From: Eledone cirrhosa
Taxonomy: Eukaryota
Assembly (NCBI GenBank): GCA_964016885.1
Contig: OZ024742.1
Coordinates: forward strand, 124,186,001 to 124,250,000
DNA: 64,000 nt
Direction: 5' to 3'
Shown: in pieces, positions 12,966 through 26,962 of the stretch
How the letters are laid out: each line of letters opens with the position of its first letter
Numbering within the stretch: the first letter of the stretch is position 1
Notes under the pieces: generated by a model
Databases searched by the model: none
Seen by the model: only the letters and a program-made list of their open reading frames with translations
Told to the model about the DNA's origin: nothing
Position numbers and translations under genes: made by a program

Positions 12966-13415
12966 TATTTAATGTGTTGGAAATCCAATAGATGTAGATG
13001 TTTACAACTGATTCAAAGCACTCGACAGTTTCTGGAGTAAGTATTCAATTGATATTAAATAAATAGAAACTATATTTAAAAAAAAACATATTTATTCTAT
13101 TATATATATTTCAAGGGTAACAAAAATGTTGGTACGCTATCATCAGATAAAATACAAAATGTTTCATAAATAATTGACATGACCAAGGATGATATACCTT
13201 AACGGTTCAAATTATCCCTGGAATAACTTGAACGGTTAAGGTATATCAAGTTATTCCAGGTATAACGTATATTATACTTGGTTATGTCAAATATTTATAA
13301 AACATTTTGTATTTTATCTGATGATAGCGTACCAAAATGTTGGTACCCTTGAAATATATATAATAGAATAAATATAATTTTTTAAATATAGTTTCCCTTT
13401 ATGTATTATCAATTG
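12961..13415. repeat. Fold-back PLE pLTR remnant (arms ~13046-13187 / 13277-13415) with an HHR in each arm
   Basis: Arms are reverse complements; 12961-13190 is homologous (reverse complement) to the pLTR at ~33665-33875; flanked by (TA)n. Confidence 0.8.
13311..13365 (+). ncRNA. Hammerhead-like motif, family H2 (mirror copy on minus strand ~13098-13153)
   Basis: CUGAUGA (13318-13324), stem II GUACCAA/UUGGUAC, GAAA (13351-13354), palindromic AUAUAU stem III; stem I register needs a 1-nt bulge. Confidence 0.62.
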
Positions 13416-13417
13416 TA

Positions 13418-14245
<828 letters not shown>

Positions 14246-14271
14246 GTGAGAAACACATTTTTTTAATTAAA

Positions 14272-14316
<45 letters not shown>

Positions 14317-14341
14317 ATAGAGGTGTAACACACAAGTTATG

Positions 14342-14560
14342 ATATATTGGTAAACGGAATAGAAAATGCTGACAAATTGTTCACAGTGAAAAATAGTTTA
14401 ATTAGGAATAAGTGATAATTAGTAATAGTATTGGTTAGTATTAAGTTTTGGTTTTAAAACCAAATCTTAATACTAACCAATACTATTACTAATTATCACT
14501 TATTCCTAATTAAACTATTTTTCACTGTGAATAATTTGTCAGCATTTTCTATTCCGTTTA

Positions 14561-14569
<9 letters not shown>
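14342..14569. repeat. Loopless palindrome, 114-bp arms, 2 mismatches
   Basis: Centre ggtttt|aaaacc at 14455/14456; arms compared by eye; (TA)n tracts nearby on both sides. Confidence 0.9.
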
Positions 14570-14596
<27 letters not shown>

Positions 14597-14914
14597 TGGA
14601 ATTCCTTGTGTAGTAATGTTTCTGTATTATCAATCTAGGCCTGTATGTGAGAATGCATTTCATCAATACACACATACATACACAGACCGTCATATATGAG
14701 CATGAAAATGTGAGTTTGTATGTTTTTCTCTCTGAATTCCTACTTCCTTAATCCTGGAACTTCAGTGGGAGTCGTAGGGGTACCTTAGCGCATATGGCGT
14801 TTTTAAGGTATTTTTAAATTCTTGCTGACCTTATCTCCTCGCAATGACTCAATACAGTAGATTCCTACAAGGGAAAGATAGAGAGAGGGAGAGAATAACA
14901 TTGAGAATGAGTTA

Positions 14915-15068
14915 TTGAGGAATCATCGACCTCAGTACTTGAGTGGTACATTTTTATCGACGTTGAAACGCTAACATGTCTTCGGTGGAATTTGATCTTA
15001 GATAGCCTAGAGCTAAAGCGAATATCACAAAACATATGTGATGTTCTTACGATTCTGCCAATTTACCG

Positions 15069-15072
<4 letters not shown>
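14915..15072 (-). mobile_element. Old tRNA-derived SINE copy
   Basis: Reverse complement has ggcggtaaattggcagaatcgt head and gtcgataaaaatgtacc tail, like the other SINE copies. Confidence 0.55.
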
Positions 15073-15167
<95 letters not shown>

Positions 15168-15899
15168 GTAATCTTGTTTACCCGCGTCTGTAAATATATA
15201 AATTAACATTAACATATAATTGTGTAAATAGCTGAATCTCTGTTATATGCTTGTGTGACAAATAGTTTGCTATCGTGTTCTAGACAATTAAATTTGGCCA
15301 TATTCCACGTCAGTTTTCACTTGTATGATTTTCTTCAGTGAAAAATCATTACATTTCCAATATCTGATGAATGGACACTCTTTAAAGTCAATATATGTTA
15401 AACTGTTTTTATAGTTCCGAATAAAATAAGAGGTCGTATGCTTGAGTATATTTCTTTCGTTCTGCATCACTAATGTTTCTTCAACTATTACTCACGCTTC
15501 AGATAGATGCCAGAAAACAGCATGGCATTTGGAAATTCTATTAGCTTGTGTTAGAAAGGTTGAAAGAATATGCAACCAACTGAATTGATATAACCAACTG
15601 AAATTGTAGAAACGTAATTATCGATAGCTTATAATATCTTTTAAAAAACTGTGATGTATAAAGATGGATAATATGGATCACAATATACATATTACGAATT
15701 ATTTTCAAAGGAAGTAGAATCACGTGTTAGTTGATTCATAGACTGTAATTAACTCAAAAGTTACATTCTCTTGAGCGTACAAGAAATTATGAGATATGAT
15801 ATTCGATATGTATTAATTCTTCGAATTTGTCTTCCGTTTAAAATATATTTGACAAATACAATTTACCTCACATTCTTCGTTCTCTTTATATTTTGTGCT

Positions 15900-16620
15900 G
15901 TCGGCAACTAAACCTCAACCCATCAAGTGTTTGCCTGTGTGGTGTGAAGAGGGCTTGCTTGTTCCATGTAACACTAAAGCGTTGGCACAGGCACATTCCT
16001 TGAAAGCGAGCATCGAGTTGGTCTCCAGCATACTGGATATTCAGCAGCTCTTCCATTCCTCATCTGGAGCCTGGTCTGTCTTGGAATCATTCTTGCCACG
16101 AGAACAGACCTATAAGGATCATGTCTGTGCAGCTGGAGTTGGCGCGTCTTTCGCCAAAGTGGAATATACTCATCTGTGTAGGACACATCTATTTATCTTC
16201 ATTCCAAGTTTTGTGGTGATTGAGTGCACTGTGAGGGAGGATGGATCTAGAAGTCTTTAGCATGTCACCTATATCTAGGCGAGACATCGATGATGGATGC
16301 TAGAGGCTAGAAACAGGTACGACAACTTCAATCGGTAGCCTCATGTGAGACACAGTGGCGAATCATGTGCCATCAAGCTTGTGAAACCATCAATGCAAAG
16401 CGTCGTCAATTGTTCGATGAACGCCAAATGAAGCTTGTTGAAACCACTGCTAATCGCCTCCTGCACCCAGCTCTTCTGTTTCTTTTTCCACCTGTGGAAA
16501 ACTCTGCTGCTTGGGTTTTGGTTTCCGCTTACATGAGCATATTCAATAACTGTGTTTAGCATTAACATGGAAGGACGCCGTATTCCTTGGAACCGAGGCA
16601 CCTCCACGCAGGCAATATAA
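15900..16620 (-). mobile_element. Highly degenerate RTE-like LINE remnant
   Basis: Minus frame QLDARFQGMCLCQRFSVTWNKQ resembles the RTE C-terminal pattern LDAF..CLR.IL..W; GC content is above background. Confidence 0.4.
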
Positions 16621-17379
16621 CATTTTGAGGATTTGGGAAATGTCCTCGTTCTTACTTAGAAATTTAGACCTAAACTTCATATGAAATGAATTGTCCGATA
16701 TCAACCTCATATCATGTAATAATTCACTTATCTCTGTATATCTCGATATTTTGTTTCTCGATTGTAAGAAGTGGTAGATACATTCATGGTTTACTTGTTC
16801 TATACAGGCGTTTAAATTGATTAAATGAATAAATATATAAATAAATAAGTAATCAAACACGTTCATTAACAGAATTAACTAATATGCTATATATGTTGTT
16901 TCTGTTATAGTATAGTTTTAAAGTAGAAGTTTATGCAGCATTGAAATTTCAATGTTTGTGATCAGTATTGCATCATCTAATTTTCTAGCTGTAAATGTAT
17001 CGGCATTAGTACTACTATTATCGCCCTTCAAGCCAGAGAAGCATTCTGGCTCGTATTGCCTGATATATTTATGCTTTCCTTCGCAGCATGCGGGCTTCAC
17101 GCGTTTCTCAAATTTTAGATATGAAGCTTCCAGTTAGAAGGGACTTGCTTTTTATTGATGCAGCTGGTCGTGATGTCATGTGCATCATTTTGTTTGTTAT
17201 ATTTCATCTATATGAATCTGCTTCAAAACAGGCACTCATAATATTCAGATGATCCTAGGTCCAATTTCTCAATAAATACTTGTAAGCGTACAATAACGAT
17301 AGTACCCCAATCGGCATACATTAATTTTATGAACATAAAGGTCTGTGGATTTCTGTCCGTATTCTAAGGCTCTAGATGT

Positions 17380-17900
17380 ACTCAGTTTAGTATCATCACG
17401 CTTGCCCGTGTTATTTGGATATAATTATATTCAAACTAGGCTGTTATCCTCTCCTTCTGTCTCACTCATGGAAATCCTTCAGAAACTTCGTAATTCCTCA
17501 CTTTTTCCTTATTGTTAAACCACAAATGCAATTTCAAATCTGCTTAGGATAATTTCCATAAGTAAGAGGAAAAGTCATATCCTCTTGTGAAATATTTTCA
17601 AAGACGCCTTCATAAGTTTTTCGTTCGTCGTATTGTTTATATAACTATTTTATTAGTTTGTTCGACGTCTGTCTTACGTTTATATTGCAGTATACTGAAT
17701 TATGTTTGTCATTACATACGGTTCATTGTCAAAGTTAAAACTTGGCACGAACACCGAATTGAAGATATAGAGTTTAACTTTTACACCAACATCCTTTCTT
17801 CTCATGAACAAGTACAGAAGCTTTAGCAATTCTTGAAATTAATTCAGCCTCCTACATTAAAACGACCCTGAAAGACTTGAAATTTGCATGTTTCAGTTTA
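17380..17900 (-). mobile_element. Degenerate RTE LINE remnant (post-RT region)
   Basis: Minus fragments ISRIAKAS, LYIFNSVFVPS, ICGLTIRKKVRNYEV in RTE order. Confidence 0.55.
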
Positions 17901-18772
17901 ATTCGATATACATGCAGAATGCAGTGCACACGCTTTCATGGGAGGACGAATGTATCTCTCTTTGAAGCACTGATTATCATCCCTGCTATGCAGCATTCAC
18001 AAGGAAACCTCACTTTTATCTTATTACCATCACGTTGGAGTGCATAGTAACACTATAGCATATGCATTGAATACGCGGATATAATTTAAAGCTGCAAGAT
18101 ATCTATAGCATATTTCACCTGACGTTAAATTCTATATTCCTTTATCATTCAGGAAGGAAGTAAATAAATATCACCAATTGATATGTTGCGTAATATGGAA
18201 TCCATATTCTAACAAAAACCCTTGTAAAAAATTCACGATATATCATTAGTCTATAAACGGGTTTACTCTCTCTCTCTCTGTAAGAATACAGATTAAGTGG
18301 CTGCAAATTACAACATTTTTCTAAAGGCTAGGTTTAACAAAGTCAATAATCTTTTAAATGTCTCCGTAAATTTCAATACAATTTTGAATTTCCGATCTAA
18401 CGTTTTTTTTTTTTTGATTTTTTTTTGTGCTCAACGACTGTCGGAAAATCAACCAGATTTAGGATCAGTTGAAAATCTCAATATTAAAGAGTGATTTATC
18501 TTCAAATATTTTCGATAGAGCGTTATTATTTTAGCTTATTCCATGAATTTCATTCCATATGTTTGTATCATTCTCTCTATCTTCATCGTATTATAGATCA
18601 TATATATTCAATCAACTCCTAAAGATACCTGTGATATCCAGTATATCACGGTCAACAAGATATGTAGGGCACTCTAAATGTTGTAATTTATACACAGTCA
18701 AACAAGCATACACACACACACATACAAACATACAGATTATACAAACATACATACATACATCATAGCAGCAAT

Positions 18773-18829
<57 letters not shown>

Positions 18830-20329
18830 TGTTGTTGTTGGCTTTATTGCTATTATATCACCAGTCGCAGTTGTGGTTGTTGTAGTACTAATCTCAATTA
18901 TTACTCAGTATTTTTTCTTGCACCTTATTATGAATTAAACCATGACTATTAAAAATAAAGGTCAACGTAAGTAAGAATATAACTAAATATGAAAATGTAG
19001 ATAATATATGTATGTGTGCGTTATATATAATAAGGAATAAAGAAAGTCGATACGTAGTAACGATAGGTGCTATATGTGCTTTGAACTTATAGATGTGATA
19101 GGGATATCAATATAAATACGTATAAATAAGGATTCCCAATCTGCCCATTTTTTACTTATACTCATAAGTATAGATGATTATTGAAGATGTATAAGAATGT
19201 TCGATTAACACGGCTTGATGAACATTGCCAGTTGCTACCTCATCGTTAGTAGAACGTGTATAGTAACCCTTGTTATGTAGGTATTAATATTATCAATTTA
19301 TGATTGTTATCCAATTCCTAGTGTACATTCTAGTGTAGTTTACGGTGTGCATCATCGCGTATATTACGATATGGTATACTTTTCATTTCTATCCATGTAG
19401 ATAATGTGTGAAGAGTATCCCCGCGTGGTTTTGTTCATCACTTTCTATGGCTTCTTTGAGGATGTAAGCTACGCACGAATATTTCTAATCGCATGGTAGG
19501 CGAAGGATTATCTCTTAATACGTCTATATAATTAAACTTTCCATATCGCATGAGGAATAATCCCTATGTTAGGTGTAGAAAAGCAACGGATAAGTTCGCC
19601 AGTCTGTTAATCTCCTGCAGCCCACGTTTAAGAATTTCAAGGGTTTCACCTAGGCATAGATTAAGGACATGGTACCTGTTACGGTCAGGGGGCAACCCGT
19701 AAAGATTAGACCATTTCAGTGAATACTGTGTTCTAGGAAACTTGAGTCGCCTGATCAGCTCAGTGAGTGTCGTGATTTACGATTTTCCTCTGTAGATATG
19801 CTAACCGTCCTTAGAGGTGATTGGTGTTGCACTGACATAGGTATATGTCGAGTTGTGACGGTAATTGTACATTGGTATATTGTCTTCAAACGCAGGTATT
19901 ATTTACCTACTGGATAGGAAGTAGGGTTTATACAGTTACTCTGCCTGCTCCGTACTTTAGCAACTGTGGTGGGTTGCCCTCTGATGGGGCTGTATTGCTC
20001 GGTCTCACACTCAAGTTCATATTCATCCATCTCTTTCAGTTTTCTTATCGCAGCTTTGATTCTCTGTCTATCTGTATCCAATATAGTCTGCTTCACGTTA
20101 ACATCGTTTCGTTCGTATCTATGGTTACTTAACCTATCACGATTAATGCTTCGTATATGTATGTATCTATATATGTATGCATGAATGTATGTATCAATGT
20201 ATGAATGTGCGTATGTATGTATGGATGTATGTATATATGTATATACATGTATGCATGTGTACGTATATGCGCGGGGACATATATATAATTGGGCTGGATA
20301 CACGATCGCGCTGTTAATCCACTGCGAGT

Positions 20330-20510
20330 GAAGGACCCCTAGACTTTGTCACCGCATTCTTCTAGTAGAAGGCAACTCAGGAAATAGGATAACTCCGATT
20401 TAAAACCTGCGGCTCAGTAGTTACCGTTGATCTTTTCTTCTTTTGGGATCACAGCTGCTGTCGCTCAGAGAGTGGGTGTGGCTCAGTGCATAGTCTTTCC
20501 TCACTTTAAA
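20330..20510 (+). mobile_element. Degenerate RTE-type 5'UTR fragment
   Basis: ggaaataggataactccgatttaaaacctgc resembles ggagaaggaaaactctgatataacacctgc in the 50.2-50.8 kb element. Confidence 0.35.
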
Positions 20511-21304
20511 AAAATAGTACAGTAAGGCTTTCCTAAATGGATATATAAACTATTTCTGTTTGCACCCTAGCATCACACTACCCTTTGTCATGTATCCTAC
20601 GTCCATACATCCCTTCGTTTCGCACTCTACCAAACACACGATGCACAAATCTCTATATACATATTTACAACTCACAGACAACGTATACATTATAATCTGG
20701 CTCTGTAACATATCCGATAATTCTATTTCTTGTTAAATGTAATATGTTATAGTGTAAAGTAAGATATCAAATATCATATGAACTGTAAGTGCTGAGTTAC
20801 CTTTCTATCGACTTCCTGTGTAATATCCGACGGAAATATATTTACAAATGACTTCAGGGAAAATATTACTAATGAGGTCATTTACTATTACATTGAAATT
20901 TCAATTAACATTCATTTATTATTCTTCCAAAATAATGATCTTTGTTTCATTTTATCATTTCAGACGAACCTCTGTACTATGGATAAGAAAACCAAATTTA
21001 AAGGTAAACACAATTTCAAACACTCACTTGATTTTTCATTTACAGTTATGTTTAAAATATTTGTTTATACGATGACGAAAAATGAAATACATTATATTAG
21101 AGGTGAAGTATGTTTCTATTAGTTGAACAATCTATACGCCAAGTGAATATAATTTGTACCTGAAACATATCAACGTTTTAAACAAAATTAGAATAACGTA
21201 GCATGATCTATGTGTTTAAAGGGTTATATTTATAAAAAGTGAAGCACCAGACTAAATACTTTATTCTTCGCATTGAATTAATATCTGGGTATATATTTTA
21301 TAGT

Positions 21305-21422
21305 GCAGACGCGTGGCCTCGTGGTTAGAGAGTGGACTCGCCATCGTAAGGCTGTCAGTTCGATTCCCGAACCAAGCATTGCTGTATGTACTTGAGCAAG
21401 AACATTTATTTCATGTTACTCT
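21305..21422 (+). mobile_element. tRNA-derived SINE, family 2 (cttgagcaag-acactttatttc core)
   Basis: A box gtggcctcgtggttag, B box gttcgattcc, then ttgagcaagaacatttatttc. Related copies: 26340-26455(-), 26560-26690(-), 44040-44170(-), 46180-46300(+). Confidence 0.75.
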
Positions 21423-22399
21423 TTCTGCCGGTGGTGACCGGTAGATAGTAGCAGTGAACAGTTTAATGGAAACATAGTTTCTTTAGTCAAATTTGACGAT
21501 TTATTTATTTGTTAGGTATTGATGTTTAGATACTTGCCGTTCGTTTGTGCATATAAACTACGAATTAAGCTAGAGATAGGGCAGAAATACTGAAGCACCG
21601 GACTAAATACTTTATTCTCAGAGTTGAAATATCGTATTGCTATGTTTATTATTATATACTTTCTTAAAAAGAATTGGTAAATATGGTAATTTTTCCAGCA
21701 ATGAAGAGAAATTGAATAGTCAGCGTTAGTGAAGTGAAATAACTTCAAACCGAAATTAAAAACAGGCTTGGTTTTCTTACATGATAGATATTAAAAAGTA
21801 TTTGTGTTGAATATATTTCTAGATATTTTACCATATTTTTGTGACGTCTTTCTTTAATGTACTATTATTAATTTATCTCCTCGTGACTCACTTTATAGCA
21901 TGCAGTAAAGCATAGATTTCCATAAAAGCATTCGTCACCTAATATGTTTTGCTGGAAAGCTGTTACATACATGTCACATAAATATGAGTTCTATATAGAA
22001 TGCAATAGCTACCTATTTGTGCATGCTTCGTGATTATTCAATGATGTATGATATTTTTCCTGAAAAAAAAACACGGAAAGTTTAACTTTGTCAACGTAAC
22101 ACCGGACAGAAAAATAGCTGTCCAAATTTCCTAAGAAAAATAGGTATCTAAATTGTAAAGTCCGCATGGTTTGTCAAATGAGATGGTTTAACATCTTCAA
22201 GATGTTTCCGCGTTATACTATGAATTACATGTTATCATTAGTTACATAATTATTCGAGGTCTAAAATATTTAGGTGCTAGATAGTCATTAAATCTTTTGG
22301 TTTTAATAAAAAAACTACCATTATAGATTTTCATCATTAAATCTCCGCAATAAAGCATTGATATCCAAATTGATTTTGTATTAGATAACACTTGTTTGT

Positions 22400-22620
22400 G
22401 TCAGCTCAGACTTCCGCCTGTTACTGGTACTATGTAACCCAGTACAACGGGATTCATGGTCGAGTGAGCAGGCACTAAACCGCCTCCCCTAGAAAAGCTG
22501 GTTTGTAGAAGAGGGGAGTGGAACCCCGTCAGCACAAAACAAACTAGAGCTGTTGAAGGGCGGATGAAGCACTCAGTGTCAACGGCTATCCACCCTAACT
22601 ATGATTTAGATGTCCTCACC
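22400..22620 (+). mobile_element. RTE-type 5'UTR fragment carrying a candidate HDV-like ribozyme
   Basis: Shares gtcag..tca, tactgg...ccagtacaac, tcatggtcg, actaaac, aaaacaaa and gtcaa.ggc.atcca with the reverse complement of 50625-50816. Confidence 0.6.
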
Positions 22621-22958
22621 AAACCGCAATTAGCTAAGCATTATGAATACGGATTCATCCCTGAAGATATGACTTAATCCCAATATGGTAGAGATCATCC
22701 AGGAAGGGTTTCTTCCAACAGGCGTGAGATGGTCTTGGATTGAAAACACTTGTTAACTTGTATCATTATACACTATAATTCAGTCTTACCGGAAGAAGTT
22801 ATTTCATTCTAAACGCGTTCAACTGTTAAATAATTTAATTTGAATTAGAAATATTCATGGTGCTTTAGAAGAGGATGATTAAAACACACACAATCACACA
22901 CGTACACAAACATACATTATATATTTATACACACACTCACACTTATATATATATATAT

Positions 22959-23084
22959 AGTTTTAATATAGATGAGATTCTACAGGACTAGAACTGTTTC
23001 ATTCTTTAGAAATCATCAGGAATCTGATGATTTCTAAAGAATGAAACAGTTTTAGTCCTGTAGAATCTCATCTATATTAAAACT
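22959..23084. repeat. Hairpin with 61-bp arms (1 mismatch, 4-nt loop) made of an HHR core and tail
   Basis: 22959-23019 is the reverse complement of 23024-23084; right arm starts CUGAUGA-UUUC UAAA GAAU-GAAAC. Confidence 0.88.
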
Positions 23085-23150
23085 TTTATACTCTGCAATG
23101 TATTGAGTACCTTACTTACTGTGGTTACCTCCGATTCAACCCGGAATAAC

Positions 23151-23240
<90 letters not shown>

Positions 23241-23241
<1 letters not shown>

Positions 23242-23380
23242 GTAATAATAATACATTTGAATACTAAAATCCAAAGAGGGCTCGATATGGATAAATATAT
23301 ATCAAATATATCAGAAGATAAGGGTGAAAGCAGTGATTCTTTGCTTAAACTTTAATATTTTATTTTAATAAATATATATA
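23241..23380. repeat. Rearranged H1-family pLTR fragment (inverted tail + HHR with stem II deletion)
   Basis: 23241-23310 is the reverse complement of ~1225-1294; 23311-23375 matches 1138-1207 with stem II partly deleted. Confidence 0.75.
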
Positions 23381-23534
23381 TATATAGTGATGTGTTGATC
23401 AGAGGTAAATAATGTAATGGTTATCGAGTGACTCAACTTCAAGCGATTAGCGACCTCTAGACTCACCTGATCAATGAAACAATTGTCAATACCTGAAATA
23501 AAGCCCCTTGTTGTACAGCCAACCATGTTACTCT

Positions 23535-23628
23535 TCATTGCCTTTCATCCTTAAGGGGTCGATAAAATAAAGTACCAGTAATACACTGGGTAATTGCTGG
23601 TCTTTTGCCAAAAGTAGAAACAATCATT
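23535..23628 (+). mobile_element. SINE family 1, 3' half
   Basis: ttgcctttcatccttaaggggtcgataaaataaagtaccagtaatacactgggtaattgctgg. Confidence 0.8.
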
Positions 23629-23809
23629 TCACTATTATTACTACAAGGATAACTTGCATAGGAATTACCGCGAACTCGCTGCCTAACTGGATACATCTTG
23701 TTGAATTAAACAAAACCGTACGTTAAAACTAATCACGACGCAGAGTACTCACAACCTGTAACTGGATTACCTATAACGATAACTTGTTACCCCATATATA
23801 TCTATATAA

Positions 23810-23922
<113 letters not shown>

Positions 23923-23925
23923 GAG

Positions 23926-24917
23926 ATAAAGAATTAGTATATCTACCAACATATATATACAGATGCATACCTATGCTAGCAAATATATAGGTTTTGTTTA
24001 GTAACTTTGTGGTTCAATGCAAGGGGATGCATAACAATTATATGAAAGACGTAAAATAAGAAAATTATAAAAATTAACTTACTTACTAAAATTTCATTCC
24101 AACTAGTTAGTTTCTGAAAGGGAATAAACATGGTTTCCAAATGGAAAGCATGGAGAAGCCGTTTTCGTCATCAGGACGTCTGTTCTCAGCTAAGTTACCA
24201 GGCGATGCGTGGATAACAGGGAACTTATACAAAAATAATTCAGTGGATGGAAAAAAGTAAGCGTGGAGTAAATTCCAAGACATTGAAAAATTCACTGCCT
24301 ACTTGGGCGGTGGCAAATTCAAAAGAATCAATCACGTGACATCGAGGTTAATCAGTGAGGAGTGGGGTGTTAATAAGACAGTAGCCAAGCCATTACTATG
24401 AACTATAGTAGCAGTTTTGGCCAATTTTTAAAATTATCTCCAAAATAATTTGGAGATAATTATAAAGAATTAGTATATCTACCAACATATATATACAGAT
24501 GCATACCTATGCTAGCAAATATATAGGTTTTGTCTTAGTAACATTGTAGTTCAATGCAAGGGGATGCAGAAAGATGTAAAATAAGAAAATTATCAAAATT
24601 AATTTACTTACTAAAATTTCACTCCAACTAATTAGTTTCTCAAAGGGAATAAACATGGTTTCCAAATGGAAACCATGGAGAAGCCGTCTTGGAATTTAGT
24701 CCACGCTTGCTTTTTTCCATCCACTGAATTATTTTTGTATAAGTTCCCGGTGTCCACGCATCGCCTGGTAACTTAGCTGAGAACAGACTTCCTGATGACG
24801 AAACGACTTCTCCATGCTTTCCATTTGGAAACCATGTTTATTCCCTTTCAGAAACTAATTAGTTTGAGTGAAATTTTAGTAAGTAAGATAATTTTTATAA
24901 TTTTCTTATTTTACGTC

Positions 24918-24925
<8 letters not shown>
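23926..24925. repeat. Duplication-inversion complex (direct 23926-24163 / 24462-24688; inverted 24039-24281 / 24687-24925)
   Basis: Compared by eye; junction hairpin aattatctccaaa/tttggagataatt at 24432-24461; gtctt microhomology near 24687. Confidence 0.8.
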
Positions 24926-24971
<46 letters not shown>

Positions 24972-25208
24972 GTAACGATAAATATATCCTTCAGTCACGA
25001 TTGACCATGGGATTGGCACCTAGAACGGTCCACCTTCGGAGCACTTGTCTGAGTAAAGTTGTTTGAGGAAGACCAGCTGTCGTCCATACAGACCAGCAGT
25101 CTCCCATCTCTACACCACCGATGTCGCTAAAAGGAAAGACAAAAGCTGAGAGAGTTGGAGCAATGTGATATAAATTGTTGTCCTCAAGGACAATACACTA
25201 CCCAGTAC

Positions 25209-25271
<63 letters not shown>

Positions 25272-26559
25272 CGTATGTGTCAGCAAATGTGTGTGTTTTG
25301 TTTGTTACGTCTGTGCGTGTGTGTCTGAGACAGAGAGAGAGAGAAGAGAGAGTGTGAGAGAGAGAGATGCCAGTGATTATATGCCATAGACAAATGATAA
25401 TCCTTATTTGTTATGTTATAAGGTTTTACTATATTGCTTATTATCTAAAGGTGGGATCACATGTAAGAACACACTAGTACTTGCAGTTGTAATCCTGGAA
25501 ATGTGTTTAAAACGAGTGTGAATAATGCATCTTGTGAATTAATCGATTGCATATTCACTGCTCTTACCATCTAAAGTTATTGTATTGAAATCCAAATTCA
25601 CACAGCCGCAAAAAGAGATGATGGAGTAACAGATTAAGACCAGAAAGGAGGCAAGGAAGAGAACAAATAGACTATGAGATGGTCACAAAATGTATGGGGA
25701 AAGAATTTTGACGATTTAACACATATCTAGTAATAAAGATAATATCTGATTTATGTTTTTGTTTTCCTCAAAATGTAGAATTGATTACGTTAATGTATTT
25801 TGAATTAAGTATTGCCATGAAATATTGATCTGAGCGTCAGCCATGGCAGTTCTTTTTTGAGTCAACATAGAAACACGATACATTAAGATAAAAATCTATA
25901 CATGTGTAAACCTTTCATTTGAATCCACACACTTAGAATACTATTCAATGTTTGTTTTCTGTTAATTTTCAGTTATATTTCTATATTCTGCTATTTATTT
26001 CTCTTTAGGCAAAATAACAATTTGTTCTGTATAAATTGTCACTAAAGTTTGAAGTATAAAACTATTCAAACGTAGGTTATGCAGTCATAGACGAGATCTT
26101 TATCAATATTATTTAACTATAGTTAATTTTCATAGTTAGGAATTTAATCAAATAAATAGAACTGACAATTGTGTTTGCTCGTAGAAAAGGGATTTCTGAT
26201 TCAAGCCAACAAGATAAAGTTGATTATTGTTGCATATTATTTTTTCGACCCTGGTATTTTATTTATTGACCTCGATAACCCATGTACACAGTCAGAAAAA
26301 AACACACACACAGAGTTAAACCTCCAGCTATTGCTGTTACTCAATTTCAGCTGGAGCAACGTGGAAAAAAATGGTGTCTTGCTCAAGGAAACAACACATC
26401 ACACGGTCCGTGAATTGAACTAACAACTTTTCGATTGCAAGCCTACGGCTTCACTATATATATATATAAAAAGGATCGATCGACTTTCGTCAAATCGGAC
26501 CGAGGAAACAATGTTTCCGTTGGTCTTTCCAGTTGCTAGTACTATCTATCGGTCGCAAC

Positions 26560-26962
<403 letters not shown>

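Noticed and set aside
19200-20130. GC-elevated, coding-like minus-strand stretch (ORF 19899-20303)
   Set aside because: No recognisable motif; ORF starts in a microsatellite; probably an old TE but unassignable without a search.
24792-24810. CUGAUGAC-GAAAC as a hammerhead (mirror copy near 24160-24174)
   Set aside because: No stem II between the core halves and no stem I pairing.
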